Source: a virus
DNA length: 64,000 bases
Strand: one strand, 5' to 3'
Virus record (IMG/VR): IMGVR_UViG_3300045988_183078
In this document: piece by piece, positions 44,300 through 51,620 of the stretch
Layout of the letters: each line of letters begins with the position of its first letter
Position numbering within the stretch: position 1 is the stretch's first letter
Made by a program: the position numbers and the translations under genes
The notes under the pieces: model-generated
Told to the model about the DNA's origin: nothing
Seen by the model: the letters and a program-made list of their open reading frames with translations, nothing else
The model's database searches: none

Positions 44300-45142
44300 T
44301 TAGAGATAGTTAGATAGCTTAATGACGGATACTCCGTATGGAGATGTATCAATGTCGAGGTATGTGCAGCCGGAGTTGGGTCTATCCATCCGAGTGATTT
44401 CTTTATGAGGAATGTGTCCAAAAATATAGAGCGTATCCCGATGACCGGTCAGCATTTCGTCTTTATCATAATCAAAGACTCGACCGAACGGATTGTTGTG
44501 TGTCACTACGACTTGTTTGAATCGAGAGCCAGGCGGAGGTGTGATGTTGAGTTCCTGTGCCTGATTCTCGAAGATAACTTCAAAGTTCTCTCTCGTCTTT
44601 TTCGTACCAGACAGGTACTCGTAGATGGTATGCTCTGCTTCATACGGTGTGCCACACATATTGTCAAGCAAGTATACGACCATCTGCCAAAGCCCATCAT
44701 TCTCCCACGCGAGAGTGTAGGTGATGAAGAGCTTTTGCCACCCAGCGAATGTATGAGGTCTTGCGGCGAGAATATTCTTTCTCTCCTCCATGCCGCATCT
44801 GAGCGCTTCGAGTTCTTCTTTTGTTCTGAAGATGTTCTCTCCCTGTCTGTAGTGGAGAAATACCCAGGCTGCGAGCTTTCTGACGGTCGGAGACTGTGCG
44901 AGTGCTTTATAGTATCGAAGCATCTGCCTATGTTCGTATTCGTGGTTACCAAGAACGAGATGGACTGTATCTGGATGTTCCGTAATGAAGTTGACGACCT
45001 TTGCGTTTTCCTTTCCACGGTCTACTACATCACCGACGAAGACGAGCTTATCATTTGCCTCGTCCCATCCGGCCGCTGCGAGAGACGCTATGAGACCTTT
45101 GTAGTTCCCATGCACATCTCCTACAACATAGATATCGCTCAT
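44300..45142 (-). CDS. calcineurin-like metallophosphoesterase (PPP-family Ser/Thr phosphatase-like)
   Basis: GDVHGN, GDVVDRG and GNHE motifs. Confidence 0.8.
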   Translation of the reverse strand: MSDIYVVGDVHGNYKGLIASLAAAGWDEANDKLVFVGDVVDRGKENAKVVNFITEHPDTVHLVLGNHEYEHRQMLRYYKALAQSPTVRKLAAWVFLHYRQGENIFRTKEELEALRCGMEERKNILAARPHTFAGWQKLFITYTLAWENDGLWQMVVYLLDNMCGTPYEAEHTIYEYLSGTKKTRENFEVIFENQAQELNITPPPGSRFKQVVVTHNNPFGRVFDYDKDEMLTGHRDTLYIFGHIPHKEITRMDRPNSGCTYLDIDTSPYGVSVIKLSNYL

Positions 45143-45927
45143 TGGTTATCACCTTCTTTCCCAAAGTCGTCCGTGTTTACTTTAGCAATCTGATTATACA
45201 GAATTCTGAGCTTGTACATTGGTTTGTCAATGTCTTGGTGCATGTGGCCGCAATACCATTGTTTGAACTTCACCCGGCGGTAAATTTCATCAAGGTATAC
45301 GCCCGTTGGGTCGTGAATCGGACTGATGTCTCTGAAATAGATTGGCATGAGCATCTGTGGAAGCATGTGCGTAAGGATAACATCCACTTCGTTTCCGTGA
45401 GATTCCAGCGTATCAAGACCGTGCCACATCTCTTTCTGAGATGGGACTTCTTCCCTCCACCAAGTGACGCCTTCTGTACGGTATGCTTTGTCGATAGACT
45501 CTGCACCTCCCATACACCATACAGTCATACCATCTATCGTGTAGTATTCGCCACGCATCAGGTGGATGACATTCGGTGCTTCCGGCAGGCGTTGAATCAT
45601 GCCACCGTTCCACCGTTCGGTAGGCTGCTCTGCCCAGAAGGTGTGGTTATCGTGGTTACCATCGATGAAGAGGATATTGCAAGGAAAAGACTTCATCCAG
45701 TCGGTGTACATCTGGTACGCTCGCGCTGACTTGATACAGTGTTGCGGCATGTCCAGTGTCTTGAGGTCGTCCGCCGGGATGCGGTCTGTCGGAAAGAACG
45801 GAAATCCGAAGTCTCCGCAAACAACAATCGCATCATCTTTTGTGATGTCACGGTTAAGGAACCGTTTCGGATTGATTTTGGAAATCTCATCCGGTCCATG
45901 TGTATCGCCAAAAATATGAAGAAGCAT
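45139..45927 (-). CDS. calcineurin-like metallophosphoesterase
   Basis: GDTHG, GDFG and GNHD motifs. ATGA overlap with the downstream paralogous-fold gene. Confidence 0.75.
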   Translation of the reverse strand: MLLHIFGDTHGPDEISKINPKRFLNRDITKDDAIVVCGDFGFPFFPTDRIPADDLKTLDMPQHCIKSARAYQMYTDWMKSFPCNILFIDGNHDNHTFWAEQPTERWNGGMIQRLPEAPNVIHLMRGEYYTIDGMTVWCMGGAESIDKAYRTEGVTWWREEVPSQKEMWHGLDTLESHGNEVDVILTHMLPQMLMPIYFRDISPIHDPTGVYLDEIYRRVKFKQWYCGHMHQDIDKPMYKLRILYNQIAKVNTDDFGKEGDNQ

Positions 45928-45986
45928 CCGTCGTCATCTCCTTTCTGTTCTGCGTTGATTTTGTTCTGGATGGATTATAGGGTGCC

Positions 45987-46745
45987 TCACAGCATCGCGA
46001 GCAGTTTCTCTGCTTCATGGTTTTCCTTGTAGGCCGCAATCGCCATATTCCGCCGGTCTCTCTCCTGCTCTTCTTCGGGATACCAGTCTTCGGTATAGTC
46101 GTCGCCCAGCAGCTTCTTTACGACATCCTCAAACGGAATGCCCTTGCTGGGTTCGCCGCTTTCAGCAAGGTCTTTCTTTTCTTCCTCAAGGTTCGCATCG
46201 ATTTCAGCTTTGGCGTTCTCCATACCTTCAGGTTCGATGCCAAAAAAGGTCATCTCCCACAACACGCGGGAAAGGCACCACTCAAGGCCGTAGATATAGA
46301 TACTGGACGGTGCCAGTTTCCAGCTGAGAATCTCTTCCCAACTGCAAAACTCAAAGGCGTATTGTGTCGGCAAGTCCTGCTTCATTACGGCGGCCATGAT
46401 GTCGTCGGTGCTCATAAAGGTAAGCATCTCGTCGCTGATGGTTTCCGCTTCAGGAACTTTTGTGTGCTTCTCTTTCCACTCGCGAAGGTCACTAGCTTCA
46501 ATGCAGACGGTGTCATCTCCTACATTGCCAAAGCCCTTGCAGACGAAGAGCAGTTTCTGCTCCGGCTCTACTTTCAGGGTGAGTGTCTTCATGCGCATGA
46601 ATGCAGCATTGACCTCTTCTTTGGCATCTGCAAGCCTGTCGCGTTCTTCGCCGCCACTGTGATACATAGCTGCAAACTCCGCAGCCAGCTTGTCTACGTC
46701 ACAGTGCATGAATGCCTGATAGGTGTTCTCAAAGTTCGTGGTCAT
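45987..46745 (-). CDS. acidic hypothetical protein (252 aa)
   Basis: ORF. Confidence 0.5.
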   Translation of the reverse strand: MTTNFENTYQAFMHCDVDKLAAEFAAMYHSGGEERDRLADAKEEVNAAFMRMKTLTLKVEPEQKLLFVCKGFGNVGDDTVCIEASDLREWKEKHTKVPEAETISDEMLTFMSTDDIMAAVMKQDLPTQYAFEFCSWEEILSWKLAPSSIYIYGLEWCLSRVLWEMTFFGIEPEGMENAKAEIDANLEEEKKDLAESGEPSKGIPFEDVVKKLLGDDYTEDWYPEEEQERDRRNMAIAAYKENHEAEKLLAML

Positions 46746-46850
46746 AATTGCCTTTCCGGCTGTTCACTTCAGCCCAATTCTTGTGTATTCCAAAGTGCTG
46801 CTTCATAGTTCTTGATGACCTTATATCAGGCAACAGCTTCATCATATCTC

Positions 46851-47084
46851 TTATTTCTTCGTTTTCTTCCCGGCTTCTTTCAAAATAGTCACCTTCGTCT
46901 TCGGATGCAGCTTATCCTTTACAGCTTCATATTCTTCTGTCGTCCCCTCAAAGGTGATTTTACTACCTCCTGCTACCATCGCTTTTTGCATATCAAGAGA
47001 GTCAATGCACTGTGCGGATTCCGTATGAACTCCAATGATAGTTCCTGTTCCGCGTCCTCTCGGACTTATCACTTCATATACCAT
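46851..47084 (-). CDS. small hypothetical protein (77 aa)
   Basis: AGGAGG RBS. Confidence 0.5.
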   Translation of the reverse strand: MVYEVISPRGRGTGTIIGVHTESAQCIDSLDMQKAMVAGGSKITFEGTTEEYEAVKDKLHPKTKVTILKEAGKKTKK

Positions 47085-47262
47085 GTTTGGCTACGCCTCC
47101 TAAAAAGAAAAAGAACGACGGCTACGCAACCAGCGACCAGTTTCATGGTGGCAGCTACGCTTCCGTCGTTCATAAGCTCCTTTGCTATTGGCAGCGATGC
47201 TTTCATCCTCTGCCTACGGTTCGTTCCACGCGCACCTACGGTTTCACCCGCCGGGCTACGCT

Positions 47263-47451
47263 TTAATCATCGTCGTCTTTGAGTGCGTTATAGGCAAAGA
47301 ACCCATAAAGGCCAAAGAAGTACAGCGTAATAACCCAAGTGGGAAGGTATTCAGTCACGCCGGTCAGCGTGAAGACAACAGCCATAATACAAGCCGTTAC
47401 CAGGAACTGCGAATCGACGTACAGCACCAATCCGATGTTAAAGCCTTTCAT
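47263..47451 (-). CDS. small membrane protein (62 aa) ending DDDD
   Basis: Strong RBS GAGGAGG. Two TM helices. Confidence 0.55.
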   Translation of the reverse strand: MKGFNIGLVLYVDSQFLVTACIMAVVFTLTGVTEYLPTWVITLYFFGLYGFFAYNALKDDDD

Positions 47452-47453
47452 CT

Positions 47454-48119
47454 TTATGCCTCCTCAAAGTAGTCTCTCAGCGAGTCAGAGACTTTAACTC
47501 GTACAGTGTCATCCCACGAGTCGTATTTGTTCTCCGGGTACGAAACATCTTCGACAGAACTCAGCTTCCAGGTAGAAACAGGCTCACCGTCTTCGATGCG
47601 AACAATGGTAGGAGCGCCGATACGCTTCTCTCCAATCTCGTACTTGTTCTTGTCCTTATCACTTACCGTGTAATCTGCCAGGTAGTCTTGCAGCCAATTG
47701 AGAAGTTCATCATACCCTTCCCCTGCTGCTTTTGTCATCACAGGAGCACCAGCATTCTCGTCGTATGCGTAGATGTCGCGGTACTCATCGATTTGGCAGT
47801 AGTAAACGGTCTGGTTCTTTTCTTTGGCAATACCGGTAAGTTCAGGAATCAGGTTGCGGCAGTAAGGGCAGCGAGGATACGCAAAGATAACGATGCCATC
47901 TTTGATTTCTCTCGCCTGTGTCGCAGTCACTTCAACATAAGTGTTATTCCAGGGAATGCCTACGGTTTGATAGGTATAGTCAGCAGCTACGCTCGGCTTC
48001 TGGTTGTTGTATCCAGAGTAGCTTCTTGCAACTACGGCTCCATCACTACTGGCTACGCTAATTGCAGCAGCCATTGCCAGCGATGCAACTACGTAAGGAA
48101 CAATGAATTTCTTAGTCAT
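47454..48119 (-). CDS. secreted thioredoxin-fold thiol-disulfide oxidoreductase (CPYC)
   Basis: Signal peptide. FAYPRCPYCRNLIPEL thioredoxin CxxC motif. Common in Gram-positive conjugation gene clusters. Confidence 0.75.
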   Translation of the reverse strand: MTKKFIVPYVVASLAMAAAISVASSDGAVVARSYSGYNNQKPSVAADYTYQTVGIPWNNTYVEVTATQAREIKDGIVIFAYPRCPYCRNLIPELTGIAKEKNQTVYYCQIDEYRDIYAYDENAGAPVMTKAAGEGYDELLNWLQDYLADYTVSDKDKNKYEIGEKRIGAPTIVRIEDGEPVSTWKLSSVEDVSYPENKYDSWDDTVRVKVSDSLRDYFEEA

Positions 48120-48235
48120 TTCTCAAAACCTCAAGTGCCTACGGTCAGGAGCTACGCTTTGAGGTTTGTAGTTCTTCGGCTACGCTTCGGCAGCTACGCT
48201 CCTTCCGTGTTTCGTCTTCTTTATTTTCATCGCCA

Positions 48236-48264
48236 TTATACCACGAATTCGTAATTGTCTCAAT
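48236..48264 (-). promoter_or_regulatory. promoter P12 (TTGAGA-17-TATAAT with TGG extended -10), spacer caattACGAATTCGtgg
   Basis: Minus-strand reading. Coordinates about +/-1. Confidence 0.55.
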
Positions 48265-48325
48265 TGTGGTCCTTCGATGTTCATAAAATAGTAATATTTG
48301 CTTTTGAGGTTTTTGACGTGCGCTA

Positions 48326-48601
48326 TCAGCTACGCTTCTTTTGAATGAGACTTAAAAGAGACTCTTTACTCTGTCGTGGAGGCGGCGGCAAAAGTGATGG
48401 AACGAGAATCGGGTCTTTCTCGTCTTCTATCTCTTCAAATTTCTCATCATCTCCGTCAAAGAACCAACTTGACTCCTTTACGGCTTCGTCCATTGCTGCA
48501 AGGTCTTGCGTTATCATGCAGTCGTCGCAATAGACTTTCGGGACGCCTACTCTACCCTCGAACGTCTTCTTGCATATCGGGCACACTCGAATTGCTATCA
48601 T
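48326..48601 (-). CDS. small zinc-ribbon protein (CPIC...CDDC) with acidic/Pro-rich tail
   Basis: GGGAGGAAGAACA ATG RBS. Confidence 0.55.
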   Translation of the reverse strand: MIAIRVCPICKKTFEGRVGVPKVYCDDCMITQDLAAMDEAVKESSWFFDGDDEKFEEIEDEKDPILVPSLLPPPPRQSKESLLSLIQKKRS

Positions 48602-49863
48602 TGTTCTTCCTCCCAATACCCAGAATGAGTTAGCGGGTTAATGCCATCACGGCGGATTCCGTAGTCGTCATATTTGTGCGCAGGCATAGGCGTGTTGTTC
48701 ATATCTTTGAAGTCAATGAGTTTTTTGCCCATAACTCGGCTGATTCCGTCTTGCGTTCCTCTTTCACATACAATGTGATAGCGCTCTTTACTTGCTTTTT
48801 GGAATACAAGCTCTTCAAGCTCAATGATGGGAAAGATGAGCGTCTTATCTTCTTGGTCTTCGATGTAGGCTTCCACATACTCTCGCGATGAAACGGTTGT
48901 GTATCGTTCAGTCATTTCTGAAAGCCACATCTCAATCATACTGTTGAGGTCGCTTCGTGTCAGCGTTACTGTTCTGGAGAGAAGTTCTACGCCGAGCGTG
49001 TTGGTTGGAACGAAGTAGTTGCGTGCGTACACCTGTTCGAGATTCGCAAGAGTCATCAGCTTATCCGTTATAGTGCTTCTGCTTGCGTTCTCGACTACCT
49101 TGCCGTACTTGTTGCCTGTGATGATTTTGGGAATCATGGCGCAAGTCTTTCCAATGATGACGCTTTTGGGTACAGACGCACACGCTTCAGCAAAATCATC
49201 ATTGGCTTTTGCTGCGTCACTGCTCTCAAAGAGCTTGGATATAGCTGCGACTCTGCGGCGCTCATAGGAGATAATCCAACGCATCAACCTGTCCAGCGTG
49301 CAGTAAACGTAGAAGATTCCTTTGCAGTTTACTATCACTCCTACCAGACGGCTCATGCCAGTTGTGTATTCCTCGCCAACTGTCTGTTCAGCCTTGATGG
49401 TTGCAGAGAGTTCGTCAGATAGAAACAGCAGGCCTTTATCATAGAAGTAGTCGTCCATGAATCTTGCGTAGTCATCCGCATCTGCATTCAGAACATTTTC
49501 AAGACGGATATGTTCTTCCTTTGCGAGTTTGATGCCTGCCGCTCGACACATGCAGCTTACTACTTCCATACGGTTCAGCCGCCTGCCGTTTTCACCCTTG
49601 AGTCTCCGCTTCATAGTAGCTCGCTTTTGCCCATCCAGCGCATCACGAGCCATGGAGCGGATGTACTTTACTCCATCTGGTGTTATACGCAGATGGTTAG
49701 ATTCATCCTTGCGAAATACCTCTACATAGCCGTGCTTGACTGCATTTCGTACTGCCAGCGTAACGCTCTGATACGGCATATCCGACAGTGCAATCACAAG
49801 CTGCCTGCGCTGAATGGAATCCACACTGTAGAGATAACACAGAAGCCTTTGCTCGTTTGTCAT
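48598..49863 (-). CDS. winged-helix DNA-binding protein (421 aa); candidate plasmid replication initiator or oriT-binding/relaxase accessory protein
   Basis: N-terminal wHTH-like LLCYLYSVDSIQRRQLVIALSDMPYQSVTLAVRNAVKHGYV. AGGTGA RBS at MTNEQRLL. No HUH motif seen. Function inferred only from context. Confidence 0.45.
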   Translation of the reverse strand: MTNEQRLLCYLYSVDSIQRRQLVIALSDMPYQSVTLAVRNAVKHGYVEVFRKDESNHLRITPDGVKYIRSMARDALDGQKRATMKRRLKGENGRRLNRMEVVSCMCRAAGIKLAKEEHIRLENVLNADADDYARFMDDYFYDKGLLFLSDELSATIKAEQTVGEEYTTGMSRLVGVIVNCKGIFYVYCTLDRLMRWIISYERRRVAAISKLFESSDAAKANDDFAEACASVPKSVIIGKTCAMIPKIITGNKYGKVVENASRSTITDKLMTLANLEQVYARNYFVPTNTLGVELLSRTVTLTRSDLNSMIEMWLSEMTERYTTVSSREYVEAYIEDQEDKTLIFPIIELEELVFQKASKERYHIVCERGTQDGISRVMGKKLIDFKDMNNTPMPAHKYDDYGIRRDGINPLTHSGYWEEEQ

Positions 49864-50031
49864 TTTGTCACCTACTATTTGTATATAAGAAACGCTATGC
49901 CGTACCACCTGATACGCCGAAAGTCTATTACTGCGCCAAAAAACAATGAAAGGATACAACAATTTAAGGGGCATAAAAACAGCATCCTGAAAATGTTGTA
50001 TTTTGCAGTCCCCAAAATTGTTGTATCCGAG

Positions 50032-50805
50032 CTACGCTTCAATCCATCTTGTGATGTCTGATTTTTCGCACAAAATCACATCCAGATAGGGTCCTTCTGA
50101 ATCCTCTATGGCGGTATAGACGAAGCTCATTTGCTGCCAACCGTCGCCGTGCTTCAATACACGGCTGATAGCATTGGTGATAGCTCCTGTATAGACGTTA
50201 TTATTGTCTATCGGCATCTTACCGCCTGGTCGGATACCTCTGCGAAATACCAGATACACAAGTCCTGATGGCACGTTGATAGGCCCATTCTTTGAGATGT
50301 ATTCTGTCACAGCTGCTTCGGTAATAATGTCGAATTCTGCATCCAAATAATACTGTCCGGTGTCGTCTTTTTCTTTTGCTTTGCGGCTGTACCACTCATA
50401 GTGAAATGGTGGCAAAAACGACTTATAGCGTACCGCCAGGAGCGCATGTTTTGGTGCTGATACTGAACAGAAATCATCTGGAATAGTGCCCATTCCAGCA
50501 TCTTTTTTATACGGAACAGGCTTTTCTCGGCCTTGGAAAGATGCTAAAATCGAGCGTTCGGATTTCAAAAGTTCGATTGAAACACTATTCAGGATAGATG
50601 CTGAAATCTTGCTGAGTGGCATATCATCTTGGATTTGGCTCATCATAGCCGAAGCGTTTTGGACGTGTTTCTTTACATACCCTGCCGTATCATGGTAAAG
50701 AACCGGCTTCTCAGATGGTGAATCGGAACGGTTGGAAGCAGGTTTTTCGCTCGGCTTGTTTTCTTCGATGTATCGTTTGTAATCAATCAACGATGGGAAC
50801 GCCAT
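50032..50805 (-). CDS. hypothetical protein (257 aa)
   Basis: ORF. Confidence 0.5.
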   Translation of the reverse strand: MAFPSLIDYKRYIEENKPSEKPASNRSDSPSEKPVLYHDTAGYVKKHVQNASAMMSQIQDDMPLSKISASILNSVSIELLKSERSILASFQGREKPVPYKKDAGMGTIPDDFCSVSAPKHALLAVRYKSFLPPFHYEWYSRKAKEKDDTGQYYLDAEFDIITEAAVTEYISKNGPINVPSGLVYLVFRRGIRPGGKMPIDNNNVYTGAITNAISRVLKHGDGWQQMSFVYTAIEDSEGPYLDVILCEKSDITRWIEA

Positions 50806-51373
50806 CCCAAACCTCCTCGTCAGGAACCTGCTCGGTCACATCGAGGTTGTAATCGTCGTCAACCGTGCAGAAAAAGCGGATGCCGCAGCCATCCAACAGC
50901 TCACGCTTTGCGCCAGGGCGCAGAATAGCGATACGAGAGGTAACGGACATCATATCTTCGCGAATACCGGCGTTGCGAATCATATCAGCCGTAATGAGCT
51001 CCTTGCCTTTTTCAAACTCACAGACATAATAGACGCTGCTATCAAAGCAAAAGCTCAGCAACCAAGGGCTGGTGGCGGGAATCGAAAAACGACGGCTCTC
51101 CGGCAAAAACTCGCAAGCAACACGGAATGCACGGCAACGCTTACGATACAGGCTCGTCATAGTAATGTAATCGGCTTTGGCAAGGCCGTCATTGGTAGCA
51201 TAGCAGGCCGGACGGCGGTTTGAACCTTTGCGGCAAGCGTTGTAGATGATTTCGCGAGCCTTGTTGGGTGTAATTTCGTACCGACGTGTCAGATATTCTT
51301 CCATCAGCGTATTAGGGATAACCGGAATGGAATCAAGCAGTTCGCGGATGTCGGTGTTGTGAATCTCAGACAT
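50783..51373 (-). CDS. hypothetical protein (196 aa)
   Basis: GAAAGGAGA RBS at MSEIHNTD. Confidence 0.5.
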   Translation of the reverse strand: MSEIHNTDIRELLDSIPVIPNTLMEEYLTRRYEITPNKAREIIYNACRKGSNRRPACYATNDGLAKADYITMTSLYRKRCRAFRVACEFLPESRRFSIPATSPWLLSFCFDSSVYYVCEFEKGKELITADMIRNAGIREDMMSVTSRIAILRPGAKRELLDGCGIRFFCTVDDDYNLDVTEQVPDEEVWDGVPIVD

Positions 51374-51496
51374 AAGAATGTCTCCTTTCAGTATTGGCAA
51401 AATGTGTATTTGTCATATTTCGCATTAGATTGAGTGCCAACTTACGCATAGCAGCGTTCAAATGCGGCACTTTCAGAAATGTGCAATTTAAGGTTT

Positions 51497-51575
51497 GACA
51501 AAAAGGAAAAGCACTTTTGAGATACACAAAAGCAGCACGTTTTATTTGTACCGGGCCATTGCATATCTCAAAAGT
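51497..51575. terminator. large bidirectional terminator: 15-bp perfect inverted repeat AGCACTTTTGAGATA / TATCTCAAAAGTGCT (36-nt loop) flanked by T/A-runs
   Basis: Seen directly, immediately downstream of the VirB4-like gene. Confidence 0.6.
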
Positions 51576-51620
51576 GCTGTTTTCAGTTAGTATTAACGGA
51601 GTATCGTTTGATTTTGCAGT

